64,000 nucleotides of DNA from an uncultured Defluviitaleaceae bacterium (GTDB taxonomy: Bacteria; Bacillota; Clostridia; Lachnospirales; WRAX01), in NCBI GenBank assembly GCA_964583165.1, contig CAZOVK010000003.1:1-64000 (forward strand), given 5' to 3'. The notes beneath the pieces were generated by a model, which worked only from the letters and a program-made list of their open reading frames with translations, made no database searches and was not told where the DNA came from. The translations under genes and the position numbers were made by a program. Below are positions 40,987-51,101 of the stretch, in pieces; position 1 is the first letter of the stretch; each line of letters begins with the position of its first letter.

Positions 40987-41820
40987 TTGATTTCTGTGTC
41001 GAGCCGCTCTGTTGCTTACCCCTATCTGTTCTGGATGGTCATCTTTATAGTTGTACCGCTTCTTTTGATACTCTACTACGCCTTCACCGTGCCCGTTGAT
41101 GGCGGTGTGGCGTTATCACTGGATAATTTCGCGAAACTAGCGAGTAAAAACTACATAACCGTCATCTTTAAGTCATTGGGGATTGCCGCGCTTACGAGCC
41201 TATTCTGTTTATTGTTGGGCTATCCGGTGTCTTATTTTTTGTCTAAAAGTAAGTTGAAGAACAAGGGGTTTATCGTTTTCCTGTTCATTATCCCGATGTG
41301 GATGAACAGCCTTATCAGAACCTATGCTTGGGTCAGTATTTTAGAGAAGAACGGGCTACTGAATGCGATTTTAGGGTTTCTGCACCTACCCGAAGTCAAT
41401 ATCCTCTATACCGATTCAGCGGTTATCTTGGGTATGGTCTATAACTTCTTGCCGTTTATGATTCTTCCTATTTATAATGTGTTGACGAATATGGACGCGC
41501 ATTTGATAGAAGCCGCGCAAGATTTAGGCGCCAATGGCGTGACTGTGTTTAGACGCGTGATTTTCCCGCTGTCTTTACCGGGCGTGTTCTCAGGCATAAC
41601 TATGACATTCATGCCTAGTGTGACGGCGTTTCTGATTTCTAACCTGTTGGGCGGCGGTCAGAATGTGTTGATTGGTAACTTAATCGAGCGGCAATTTCTC
41701 AACTACGGCGATTGGCACTTAGGGAGCGCGATTTCTGCCCTGTTGATGGTAGTAATTCTAATGAGCATGGCGGCCGTGAATGTGATGGAACGCAGAAACG
41801 CGGGAGGTACGCAGAAATGA
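40987..41820 (+). CDS. potB: spermidine/putrescine ABC transporter permease
   Basis: Six TM helices with the EAA-loop region (IEAAQDLGANGVTVFRRVIFPL). Confidence 0.85.
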   Translation: MISVSSRSVAYPYLFWMVIFIVVPLLLILYYAFTVPVDGGVALSLDNFAKLASKNYITVIFKSLGIAALTSLFCLLLGYPVSYFLSKSKLKNKGFIVFLFIIPMWMNSLIRTYAWVSILEKNGLLNAILGFLHLPEVNILYTDSAVILGMVYNFLPFMILPIYNVLTNMDAHLIEAAQDLGANGVTVFRRVIFPLSLPGVFSGITMTFMPSVTAFLISNLLGGGQNVLIGNLIERQFLNYGDWHLGSAISALLMVVILMSMAAVNVMERRNAGGTQK

Positions 41821-42632
41821 CAAAGACATTAAGACGGCTATATCTGGCGATAATATTCATTTTTCTGTATGCGCCAATCGGCGTTCTCGTGTTCTTCTCA
41901 TTTAACGCGAGTACGTCACGCGCCGCGATAACGGGTTTTACGTTTGACTGGTATGTGAAGCTGTTTCAGGATTCACAGATTATGGAAGCTGTGTATTATA
42001 CAGTCATAATCGCGATTATCTCGTCTGTAGCCGCGACGCTTATCGGCACGGCGGCTTCAATCGGCATACACTTCATGACGAAACGCAAGCAAGAAGTTGT
42101 GCTTAATGTCACGAATATACCGATATTAAACCCCGATATAGTCACGGGCGTTTCGCTGATGATTATCTTTATAACGGTCTTTAATGTTACGGGGTTAGGC
42201 CATTTGGGTTTCGCGACTATGCTTATATCACATATAACATTTAATATCCCGTATGTGATATTCTCATGTTTACCGCGCCTTCGCCAGATGGACCCTAATA
42301 TGTTTGAGGCCGCGCTTGACCTTGGCGCGACACCGTGGCTGGCTATCTGGAAGGTGATTATCCCCGAAATCATGCCCGGTATTGTGTCGGGGCTTATGCT
42401 CTGTTTCACGCTCTCGATTGACGACTTCGTTATCAGCTTTTTCACAACGGGTTCGGGCGTCAGCAATATCAGTATACTCATATACTCAATGGCACGGCGT
42501 GGCATCAACCCGAAAATCAACGCGCTCAGTACGCTCATGTTCATTGTTGTTCTGGTGCTTCTATACTTAGTGAATATGAAGGATAGCATGAGCGGCAAGA
42601 AAACCGACAAGGGCATTAGCCTTGAAGCATAA
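41817..42632 (+). CDS. potC: spermidine/putrescine ABC transporter permease
   Basis: ATGA start/stop overlap with potB. EAA loop FEAALDLGATPWLAIWKVIIP. Confidence 0.85.
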   Translation: MTKTLRRLYLAIIFIFLYAPIGVLVFFSFNASTSRAAITGFTFDWYVKLFQDSQIMEAVYYTVIIAIISSVAATLIGTAASIGIHFMTKRKQEVVLNVTNIPILNPDIVTGVSLMIIFITVFNVTGLGHLGFATMLISHITFNIPYVIFSCLPRLRQMDPNMFEAALDLGATPWLAIWKVIIPEIMPGIVSGLMLCFTLSIDDFVISFFTTGSGVSNISILIYSMARRGINPKINALSTLMFIVVLVLLYLVNMKDSMSGKKTDKGISLEA

Positions 42633-42650
42633 ATAAAAGGAGGTTACAAA

Positions 42651-43694
42651 TTGAAACAAACTAAAAAGATTATGAGCGTTATTCTTGCAGTAATTATTGT
42701 AGCGGCGCTCACATCCTGCACAGGTAAAAAGACTGAAGAAATCTATGTCTACAACTGGGGCGACTATATTGCGGACGGTATTTTGGAGCAATTTACCGAA
42801 GAAACGGGCATCGTCGTTAAATATGAAACATTCCCGTCAAACGAAGAGATGTACAACAAAATCAAGGCGGGCGGCGTGAATTATGACGTAGTGGTTCCGT
42901 CTGATTATATGATTGAGAAGATGCTCAAAGAGGGTATGCTCGCCGAAATAGACATGAAGAATGTTCCGAACTTCGCGCATGTGGACGATTTGTTCAAGAA
43001 CCTAAACTATGACCCTGACAGTAAGTATTCAGTGGCGTATATGTGGGGTACTGTCGGTATTCTCTACAATACGTCAATGGTTGACGAAGAAATCACTAGC
43101 TGGAATGTGCTCTGGGATGAGAAATACTCAAAAGACATCTTCATGTATGACAGCGTACGTGACTCAATCGGGCTATCGTTGAAGCGCTTGGGTTACTCCT
43201 TGAACACCACAAACCCGGACGAAATCGCCGCCGCCAAAGATGAACTCATTAAACAAGTGCCGCTCGTTCAGGCTTATCTAGGCGACAGCATCAAACAGAA
43301 GCTTATCGCAAACGAGGGCGCTTTGGGTGTTGTGTATTCGGGCGACGCTATGTATGCGTTTGAATATAACGAAGATTTGGCTTATGTTGTGCCCGAAGAG
43401 GGTAGTAACTACTGGTATGATGGCATGGTCATTCTCAAAAACGCCAAAAACAAGAGTGGCGCGGAGAAATTCATCGACTTCATGTGCCGCCCGGAAATAG
43501 CCGCCAAAAACTCGGAGTATATCGGTTATTCGACAGCCAACAAAGACGCGTTACCGCTCATGGACCCCGAAATCGTGAATAACCCCGTTTATTGGCCGCC
43601 TCAAGAAGTCTTGAATAACTGCCAACTCTACCTCGACTTGGGCGATTTTGTGACACAATACTATGAAGCGTGGACGGAAGTCTTACTGCATTAG
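42651..43694 (+). CDS. potD: spermidine/putrescine-binding periplasmic lipoprotein
   Basis: Lipobox LTSC and the PotD/PotF SBP fold (YVYNWGDYI...VVPSDYM). Confidence 0.85.
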   Translation: MKQTKKIMSVILAVIIVAALTSCTGKKTEEIYVYNWGDYIADGILEQFTEETGIVVKYETFPSNEEMYNKIKAGGVNYDVVVPSDYMIEKMLKEGMLAEIDMKNVPNFAHVDDLFKNLNYDPDSKYSVAYMWGTVGILYNTSMVDEEITSWNVLWDEKYSKDIFMYDSVRDSIGLSLKRLGYSLNTTNPDEIAAAKDELIKQVPLVQAYLGDSIKQKLIANEGALGVVYSGDAMYAFEYNEDLAYVVPEEGSNYWYDGMVILKNAKNKSGAEKFIDFMCRPEIAAKNSEYIGYSTANKDALPLMDPEIVNNPVYWPPQEVLNNCQLYLDLGDFVTQYYEAWTEVLLH

Positions 43695-43711
43695 AAAAAT
43701 CGGAAACCCGA

Positions 43712-43738
43712 AAGGGTTTCCTTTTTTAATACAGACTT
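43712..43738 (+). terminator. Rho-independent terminator of the pot operon
   Basis: GGAAACCC-gaaa-GGGTTTCC perfect 8-bp stem with a GNRA loop, followed by TTTTTT. Confidence 0.78.
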
Positions 43739-43795
43739 TGGGTCAAACTTTTCGTATATATAAGCCAAATAAACGATAGAGGGAGTTAATGAGAA

Positions 43796-45145
43796 ATGCA
43801 TCGCTATTCACGATTTATTGCATCAGTCCTTACAGCATGTTTATTACTTATAGGTTGTACATCAGAAAATAGTTTGCCCACACCCACACCTACGCCGACA
43901 AGAACGCCAAAGCCGTCGTTGCCTGTGTTTGATACGGGGCATAAGTACCTAGACTACAGTAACCATGACTTCCCGCGTGAAGAGGAATACATAACGCTAC
44001 TCAATGATTTGGAGCTTGTAAGCGCGGGTAAGCCCGTAATAGCACGGATAGAGAAGAAGCAGAATTATTGGTTTGAAAATGGGCCAAGTCTTGAAATGAC
44101 TGAGCGCGGCATTGAACTTAGGGGCTTTGACATATCCGAAATTGATTTGTCTGTGATAGACGATTATAATAAACTGCGTTTTGACACGAGAACAGTTTGG
44201 CCCGAAGTATTGCCACAAGGCTTTGACCCAGAAAGGGCGATTGAGTTAGGCAAGACCCCCGCTCTTGGCATACGCGATATACACGCTCAAGGCATAACGG
44301 GCAAGGACGTAAATATTGCCATAATAGACCAAAATCTAATAGCTGACCATATAGAGTATAAGGACAAGCTCATGTGGTATGAGTGCATTCATCTATCCGG
44401 TGATGAAGGTCATTTTCACGGTAGCGCGGTGTCGGCCTTTGCCGCAGGAAAAAACTTAGGCACAGCACCTGGGGCGCAGATATACTTTATTGGGGCAATG
44501 GGCGCACATTTTCTGGAAGCGGGTGGTTATGAGGAAGACTACACGGTATGGGCTGACAGTGTTAGGAGAGTAATAGAGATTAACGCTGAATTGCCGAATG
44601 ACGATAAAATCCGTGTTATCAGTATGTCGAAGGGCTTTGATGAGAGCATTAAAGGGTACGACGACATTATGGCGGCAATACGTGACGCACAAAAGGAGGG
44701 TATTTTCGTTATATCTACTTCAATCTACAAGAACTACCCGAATCTTGAGTTAAACGGAATGGGGAGGGACTTGATGAGTGACCCCGAGGATATAAACGTC
44801 TATCGTCCGGCTGCATGGGTAACTCAACGATTCTATTCACCGCAACAAAACTCTTACTTCGATAACATTATTTGGCTACCAATGGGTGGGCGTTCTTACG
44901 CGGCGGCTACGGGTACTGATGTTTATGAGATTGAGGGTGAGGGCGGTATGAGTTGGTCAATGCCGTGGCTGGCTGGGCTTTACGCGCTCTGCTGTGAGGT
45001 CAAGCCCGAGATTACGCCTGACGAGTTTATAAGCCTTGTTCAGAAGACAGCCGTCAGCAATGAGTTTGAATTTGAGGGTCAGACATATGGCTTGAAGAAG
45101 ATAATCAACCCCAAAGGTATAATTGAGGCACTGAAACAACAATAG
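43796..45145 (+). CDS. lipoprotein subtilisin-like (S8) serine peptidase with a Pro/Thr linker
   Basis: Lipobox LLIGC followed by PTPTPTPTRTPKP. The catalytic triad context reads NIAIIDQ (Asp), HGSAVSAFAAG (His) and GGMSWSMPWLAG (Ser). Confidence 0.68.
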   Translation: MHRYSRFIASVLTACLLLIGCTSENSLPTPTPTPTRTPKPSLPVFDTGHKYLDYSNHDFPREEEYITLLNDLELVSAGKPVIARIEKKQNYWFENGPSLEMTERGIELRGFDISEIDLSVIDDYNKLRFDTRTVWPEVLPQGFDPERAIELGKTPALGIRDIHAQGITGKDVNIAIIDQNLIADHIEYKDKLMWYECIHLSGDEGHFHGSAVSAFAAGKNLGTAPGAQIYFIGAMGAHFLEAGGYEEDYTVWADSVRRVIEINAELPNDDKIRVISMSKGFDESIKGYDDIMAAIRDAQKEGIFVISTSIYKNYPNLELNGMGRDLMSDPEDINVYRPAAWVTQRFYSPQQNSYFDNIIWLPMGGRSYAAATGTDVYEIEGEGGMSWSMPWLAGLYALCCEVKPEITPDEFISLVQKTAVSNEFEFEGQTYGLKKIINPKGIIEALKQQ

Positions 45146-45156
45146 GAGATGTGGTC

Positions 45157-45942
45157 ATGGACGACAGAACAATCAAACAGGCGATAATGCAGCAACTTAA
45201 CGACACAGAAAACGCCCACAACGTCCGCATACCGTTGGCGATTGAATCGGGGAGCCGCGCATGGGGCTTTGCGGGCACCGACTCTGATTATGACTGTCGC
45301 TTTGTTTATGTGAACGAGCCTGATTGGTATATGAGCATTCTCGAACGCCGTGATGTGATTGAATATGATACTGACGGGGTTTTTGACGTGAACGGCTGGG
45401 ATTTGAAGAAATTCATACGTAATATTGTGAAATCTAACGCTGTTATGTTTGAGTGGCTTTCGAGTAACGAGGTGTATATTAGAAACGAAGCGGTTGTCGC
45501 CGAGCTTATGTCTGTGGCGACGGCGTTTTTCAACCCGATAGCCTGCTCACACCACTATTTGAGTATGGCGAAAAAGAAATACGCGGAGATTTGTGAAGAC
45601 GGCGACGCGAAACTCAAAAAGTATTTCTATGTTTTGCGCCCGCTTGCGAATTTGGGTTATATAGCTAAATATAACGCCATGCCGTTTATGGAATATCCGC
45701 GTACACTCGAGGCAATTGACGTGCCCGAAGATATTCGCGGCGCGATTACCGATTTACTGGCTTTGAAGCTTGTTTCGGATGAAAGTTTGACGATAGAACC
45801 GCATGAAACTTTCCTAGCGTATTTCCGCGGTGAAATCGAAAAACATGAGACGAACGCAGTGACTTTGAGTTTTGACAAACGCCGTGACTACGGTTTGGCT
45901 GATGAGGTATTTCGGCGCGTAATAAGGCTGGTGTGGGCATGA
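45157..45942 (+). CDS. predicted nucleotidyltransferase (COG3541/PF10127-like, Pol-beta superfamily)
   Basis: GS-x9-DxD motif SGSRAWGFAGTDSDYD and the downstream KKYFYVLRP helix. Confidence 0.62.
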   Translation: MDDRTIKQAIMQQLNDTENAHNVRIPLAIESGSRAWGFAGTDSDYDCRFVYVNEPDWYMSILERRDVIEYDTDGVFDVNGWDLKKFIRNIVKSNAVMFEWLSSNEVYIRNEAVVAELMSVATAFFNPIACSHHYLSMAKKKYAEICEDGDAKLKKYFYVLRPLANLGYIAKYNAMPFMEYPRTLEAIDVPEDIRGAITDLLALKLVSDESLTIEPHETFLAYFRGEIEKHETNAVTLSFDKRRDYGLADEVFRRVIRLVWA

Positions 45943-46913
45943 GCATTAACGCAAAGGCGTTGATTCAAGGTGCCGAGTATGATTTTTTGCGCGAAAACCC
46001 CGATTTGGAGCACATTTGTTACTTGACGCTCTCCGGCTCTCATGCTTATGGTACGGACAATGAAAACAGTGATGTTGATTTGCGTGGGGTCTTGATAGAG
46101 CGTGACTCATATTTGTACGGCTTGAGTGGTTTTGAACAGTTTGAGCATCTGCCGACCGACACGGTGATTTTTGGGTTGAGAAAATTCGCGCAACTATGCG
46201 CGGCGGGGAACCCAAACACGCTGGAGTTACTCGGCACGGACGAAAGCGATATTGTAGTTATGACAAAAGCAGGTCAGTTATTGCGTGAGAACGCGGGTTT
46301 ATTCTTTTCAAAGCGCGTTATAACCAGTTTCGGTGAATACGCGAACGCCCAGTTTAGGCGGCTCAAAAACGCTCTGGTACGGGATTCGGAGAGTGAGGTT
46401 TTACAGAACAAGCACTTAGTCGAAACCCTCAACGGGCTTATGCGCCACTTTGAGGATATTTACGCGGACTTCGGCGGGGGAAGCATAAGGGTTTATGAGG
46501 GTGAGCGGGAATTGGTGTTTGATGTGAACCTAACAGCCTATCCGCTCAAAGACTTCGTGGGGGTTTATTCGGAGATGGCGAGTATTGTCAAAACCTACAA
46601 CAAGCTGAACCACAGAAACCGCAAGAAGGACGAGCCACACCTATACAAACACGCAATGCACTTAATTAGACTGCTTCTGACGGGTATGGACATCTTGAAA
46701 GGGGAGGGGATTCAGACTAAACGCCGCGCGGAATTGGGGTTACTTATGGACATACGGAACGGGCGTTATACATTTGACGAGGTGTTCGCCATGACGGACG
46801 AATACCGTGCGAGGTTTGATGAGATTGCGAAGCTTACAGCTTTGCCCGACAAGCCTGACTTAGAGGCGATTGATAAGTTGCTGGTCAGTATGCACAAAAT
46901 GTCAAGACAGTAA
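45939..46913 (+). CDS. predicted nucleotidyltransferase, paralog of the upstream gene
   Basis: SGSHAYGTDNENSDVD motif. ATGA overlap with the preceding paralog indicates translational coupling. Confidence 0.62.
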   Translation: MSINAKALIQGAEYDFLRENPDLEHICYLTLSGSHAYGTDNENSDVDLRGVLIERDSYLYGLSGFEQFEHLPTDTVIFGLRKFAQLCAAGNPNTLELLGTDESDIVVMTKAGQLLRENAGLFFSKRVITSFGEYANAQFRRLKNALVRDSESEVLQNKHLVETLNGLMRHFEDIYADFGGGSIRVYEGERELVFDVNLTAYPLKDFVGVYSEMASIVKTYNKLNHRNRKKDEPHLYKHAMHLIRLLLTGMDILKGEGIQTKRRAELGLLMDIRNGRYTFDEVFAMTDEYRARFDEIAKLTALPDKPDLEAIDKLLVSMHKMSRQ

Positions 46914-47003
46914 ATTTGTGGTTTTCAAAGAACGCCGCATATGTTATACTTTTAACAATACGGCGTTTTATTTGCCGTTTTTAGGGGGATTTTTGTGGGT
47001 AGG

Positions 47004-48248
47004 ATGCCGTTTGAGCCAAAGTACTTGCGAATTGCGGTTTACACGCTTGGCGTAATCGTTATCGCGCTGATTTTTAGTAAGGCAATGGACAGCCTTGACG
47101 TGATTTGGGCGGCGGCTGTGGGCATTAAGAATGTGCTCATGACAGCGCTCGCGCCGTTTTTGTACGGTTTCTTTATTGCGTATTTCTTGAATGCGCCACT
47201 GTCGGCCATTGAGCGATTTATGTACTGGGTAACGGGGATTTTCACAACGAAGAGGCCGAATGCTAAAGTCTATCGGACGCTTTCGGTCATCACGACTTAT
47301 GTGCTGTTCATCATGTGTGTCGTCTGGCTCGTGCGCTATCTCGTGCCCGAATTGACGGCAAGCGTAATGAAACTGGTAGAAACGACAGAGAGTTATATAG
47401 ATTATCTGAATAAACAGCAATACACACTGCCGAACAGTAGCGCAATAAACGAGTATATCAACTATTTTAACGGTCTGTTTAACACGAACTACACGCTGAA
47501 CGGGTTATTGAACATGACAATTGCGCCCGTTATATCGGTTGTGTCACAGCTACCGACAGTGCTTCAAAATATAGTGCTCGGCACGGTTAACGCCGCGACG
47601 GCGTTACTCAATACGGTTTTGGGTTTCTTGATTTCATTCTATATGGTAATGGAAAAGGAGAATTTTTCAAACACGCTGTCGCGCTGGATAAAGGGGCTTT
47701 TCCGCCGCGCCACAGCCGCCAAGATACTCGATATAGCGCGAACCAGTCACAAAACGATACAGAATTTCATCATAGGCAAAGCGCTGGATTCGCTTATTAT
47801 CGGCATTATCTATTTCGTGGTTTGTGTGATTATGGGCGCGCCGTTACCTGTGCTTCTGTCACTCATTATCGGTATTACAAACATGATACCATACTTCGGG
47901 CCGTTTATAGGCGCTGTGCCAGTTATACTGATTGTGTTGATTTTGAACCCCTCACTTGCGCTTTGGACGGCTATCGCCATTTTCTTGATTCAACAGTTTG
48001 ACGGCTATATCTTAGGCCCCCGTATCCTCGGTAGCTCAACAGGGTTAAATGCGCTCGGCGTAATCTTTTCAATCCTCGTGGGCGGGGCGTTGTTCGGTGT
48101 GGCGGGTATGTTCTTCGGTGTGCCGATTTTCGCGGTACTCCTAAACATGCTCAAAACCATTATGGACAAACGCTACTATGAGCGTTATGCTATAGAGGAC
48201 GCTCGGGTTGTCAACACTGAAGAAGCAGAAACGGGGGACGGTTCATGA
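47004..48248 (+). CDS. AI-2E family transporter (PerM/UPF0118)
   Basis: Eight TM helices and the conserved ITNMIPYFGPFIGAVP segment. The start may be TTG at 46995 or ATG at 47004. Confidence 0.75.
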   Translation: MPFEPKYLRIAVYTLGVIVIALIFSKAMDSLDVIWAAAVGIKNVLMTALAPFLYGFFIAYFLNAPLSAIERFMYWVTGIFTTKRPNAKVYRTLSVITTYVLFIMCVVWLVRYLVPELTASVMKLVETTESYIDYLNKQQYTLPNSSAINEYINYFNGLFNTNYTLNGLLNMTIAPVISVVSQLPTVLQNIVLGTVNAATALLNTVLGFLISFYMVMEKENFSNTLSRWIKGLFRRATAAKILDIARTSHKTIQNFIIGKALDSLIIGIIYFVVCVIMGAPLPVLLSLIIGITNMIPYFGPFIGAVPVILIVLILNPSLALWTAIAIFLIQQFDGYILGPRILGSSTGLNALGVIFSILVGGALFGVAGMFFGVPIFAVLLNMLKTIMDKRYYERYAIEDARVVNTEEAETGDGS

Positions 48249-49177
48249 ACGCGCGAAAAGCCAATCTTTTCATGCTCATGATAATGGTATACCAGATTCT
48301 GTTGAGCTCGCTTCTGGGTGTTATCTATATGCAAACAGGCTTCATGTTCACGGGCTTGCCGCTCGTGTGGTTCAGCCAGTTTGTGGGCGTGGGCTTGCCG
48401 CTCTTCGTTTTTTGTAAATGGCAACGGCTGAAACTAACCGATATTTGCAGAACCTCTGAATTGGGTATTAAGAACGCGCTGTTTTGTGTCGCGTTTGTGT
48501 TGCTGTTGATGCCGTTTATGTTCGCGGCGAGTGCGTTAAGCTCTTTCTTTTTCTTCAACCGTATGTCGGGCGTTGTGTCAAGCGGTGTGAGCACGAGCGC
48601 GATTCTGTCGCTGTTCTCGTTCGCGCTTATCCCTGCCGTGCTGGAGGAGCTTATGTTTCGTGGGCTGATTCAGACGGGCTACAAAAACGTGCCATTCTTC
48701 ATGGCGGCATGGGTGAACGGTTTGTTTTTCGGGATTTTCCATAAAGACCCCCAGCAACTCATCTATGCATTCGCGCTCGGCGTGTTCTTTTCTTTCATAG
48801 TCTACTGGACAAACAGCATATATTCTGCTATTCTTTCTCATATGCTCTTTAACGGCTTGCAAACGCTTTTGTCAATAGCGACAACTACGGCGGCGACTTC
48901 GGTTGAAACGTCGGGCGCGGAGGCTCAAGTGGGGCGCATAGAGATTTTACAGACGGCGGGCGTATTCTTCGCTATCGGGCTTGCTCTGTCGCCGCTTCTC
49001 ATCTTTCTGATAAGGCGGTTCAAGGCGCATAACCTAGCGCGGATATTGCGCGAAAAACCGCGCGAAGAACTCATAACCGCGCCGCCCGAAGAACCCAAGG
49101 AAAGTCCGTTTGATAGGGTATTTTTTATAGTTATAGGGTTTTATATCGCCCATGTATGTGTATTTTATATTCTTTAG
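48245..49177 (+). CDS. CPBP-family (CAAX/Abi) intramembrane metalloprotease
   Basis: Motifs EELMFRG, FGIFH and HMLFN within a polytopic membrane protein. Confidence 0.75.
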   Translation: MNARKANLFMLMIMVYQILLSSLLGVIYMQTGFMFTGLPLVWFSQFVGVGLPLFVFCKWQRLKLTDICRTSELGIKNALFCVAFVLLLMPFMFAASALSSFFFFNRMSGVVSSGVSTSAILSLFSFALIPAVLEELMFRGLIQTGYKNVPFFMAAWVNGLFFGIFHKDPQQLIYAFALGVFFSFIVYWTNSIYSAILSHMLFNGLQTLLSIATTTAATSVETSGAEAQVGRIEILQTAGVFFAIGLALSPLLIFLIRRFKAHNLARILREKPREELITAPPEEPKESPFDRVFFIVIGFYIAHVCVFYIL

Positions 49178-49218
49178 GGCATATAACATATTATATTTGT
49201 TTGTGAATGGGGAGTTTG

Positions 49219-50241
49219 ATGTCTAAACATGTTGTGGCAGTGCTGTTTGGCGGCGCTGTTAATCACGATTTATCGAAATTATCAGGCGAACACATAATAC
49301 CCGCGATACCGTCGGCCAAGTTTATCGTTTTGCCAGTTTATATCAACACTGACGGCGAGTGGTTACTCTATGACGGTAACGCGGACAATATCGCGAATGT
49401 ACTTTGGGAGCAACACGGCACACCCGCGTTATTATCGACAAACACGGCTCACACGGGGCTTATCCGTATTGTGGGCACCAAGATAAAGGCTATACCCGTT
49501 GATGTCGCGCTGAATCTGACTGAAAGCGGTATCACGCGCGGCGCTGATATGGCAGGGCTCTTGTCATTGGCGGGCATTTTGAACGCGGGCTGTTCTGCTA
49601 GGTTACACATGTTGTCGGGAAGCCGCCGGGCTCTATATCAGGTTTTGGGCAACGGCACAGATTATAAGCTTTATCCGCATGAGATGTTGTTTGTTGAGAA
49701 AACCGAAGATTGGCTGGACAAAGCGTCTAAACGCGTCCGCAATAACGTAGGTTACCCCTGTAATATCTGGGCGGAGCGTTCCATCGTACCGCCCGTTGAA
49801 GTTTCGCGCAAGAACCAACTCGCGGCGGCGGTTGAAGTCTTCCCGAACAAAAACCTTGTCGCCGAGCGTACTATATCGGGCACGTTCTTCTACTACGGCT
49901 TTATTGACGAAACATTGAGTCTTCCATGTATCATAGAGGATGAACAGGTCGCAACGGCTGATAACAAACTGCCCGAAGCTGTCCTTGAACGCGCCAACAA
50001 AGCCGCGCAAGAGATTCTCGCGAAACTCACGGCGTTCGGTTTCGGCGCAATAAGACTATTATATAATGAAGAAACAGACACTATCTATTTCGACAATATC
50101 CACACCATGCCACAGTTATACGCCGATAGCCTGTTCATGCGGATGTTCAGCCTGTCGGGTTATCGCTTGCCGGAAGTGCTCAATAAAATGCTCGTTTGTG
50201 GTGAAGCACGGTTGCTAACGACCGAGGTTGAGAGCCTATGA
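49219..50241 (+). CDS. ddl: divergent D-alanine--D-alanine ligase-family (ATP-grasp) protein
   Basis: N-terminal VAVLFGGAVNHDLS and C-terminal IRLLYNEETDTIYFDNIHTMP align with Ddl motifs. The expected central VKP..GSS.G region instead reads NIWAERSIV, so the conserved Lys is missing. It sits immediately upstream of murI. Confidence 0.55.
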   Translation: MSKHVVAVLFGGAVNHDLSKLSGEHIIPAIPSAKFIVLPVYINTDGEWLLYDGNADNIANVLWEQHGTPALLSTNTAHTGLIRIVGTKIKAIPVDVALNLTESGITRGADMAGLLSLAGILNAGCSARLHMLSGSRRALYQVLGNGTDYKLYPHEMLFVEKTEDWLDKASKRVRNNVGYPCNIWAERSIVPPVEVSRKNQLAAAVEVFPNKNLVAERTISGTFFYYGFIDETLSLPCIIEDEQVATADNKLPEAVLERANKAAQEILAKLTAFGFGAIRLLYNEETDTIYFDNIHTMPQLYADSLFMRMFSLSGYRLPEVLNKMLVCGEARLLTTEVESL

Positions 50242-51029
50242 ACAATCTACCCATAGGCGTATTCGATTCAGGCGTTGGTGGTCTGACCGTCGTTAAGGAA
50301 ATCATGGCGACACTGCCGAATGAACGCGTGGTCTACTTCGGTGACACAGCGCGTGTGCCTTACGGCACAAAATCAAAGGAACTCGTCACCTCATATGCGG
50401 CGCAGATTGTGGAATTTTTGTTGCAGAAATCAGTGAAGGCAATAGTTGTCGCGTGCGGCACGGTCAGTTCGAACGCAATGGAGGCCCTCCGCGCAAGGTT
50501 TGACATACCGTTGATAGAGGTGGTTACACCCGGGGCTAAGGCGGCTTTGGCCGCCTCAAAGAACGGGCGTATAGGCGTTATCGGCACAGAAGCGACAGTC
50601 AGAAGCGGCGCGTATGAGCGTTTGCTTAAAGCCATGCGTGAGGATATTATCGTGCATAGCCGCTTTTGCCCGCTGTTTGTGCCGCTCGTTGAGGAGGGCT
50701 GGACGAACACGGATGTCACGCGTTTGACGGCCGAAATCTATCTGAATGAACTGCTAGCGACAGGTATAGACACGCTCGTTCTAGGTTGTACGCATTACCC
50801 ATTACTAATAGACTGCATACACGGCATCGCGGGAAGCGTGACACTCGTGAACCCCGCTCAAGCCACGGCTCATGAGTTGTCGGATTTCTTGCACAACCAA
50901 AACATGCTCAGGCAAGACAGCACGCCCGAGCACGAGTTTTATGTGAGCGATAACACGGCGAAATTCGGCATAATGGCAAAAAACGTGCTTGGGTGCGAAT
51001 ATACGGCGAAAATGATACGGTTAGACTGA
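50238..51029 (+). CDS. murI: glutamate racemase
   Basis: IGVFDSGVGGLTV N-terminus and the two catalytic Cys contexts (VVACGT and GCTHYP). Confidence 0.9.
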   Translation: MNNLPIGVFDSGVGGLTVVKEIMATLPNERVVYFGDTARVPYGTKSKELVTSYAAQIVEFLLQKSVKAIVVACGTVSSNAMEALRARFDIPLIEVVTPGAKAALAASKNGRIGVIGTEATVRSGAYERLLKAMREDIIVHSRFCPLFVPLVEEGWTNTDVTRLTAEIYLNELLATGIDTLVLGCTHYPLLIDCIHGIAGSVTLVNPAQATAHELSDFLHNQNMLRQDSTPEHEFYVSDNTAKFGIMAKNVLGCEYTAKMIRLD

Positions 51030-51101
51030 CATAACGGATTTGTAGGGGCGCATATCTGCGCCCGCTATACGGTGGACAAGCAAAAGATAACGGAGGAAGA
51101 A

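Noticed and set aside
46968-47420. 150-aa minus-strand ORF overlapping the AI-2E transporter start
   Set aside because: Antisense to a polytopic membrane protein CDS. It is His/Arg-rich with no RBS.
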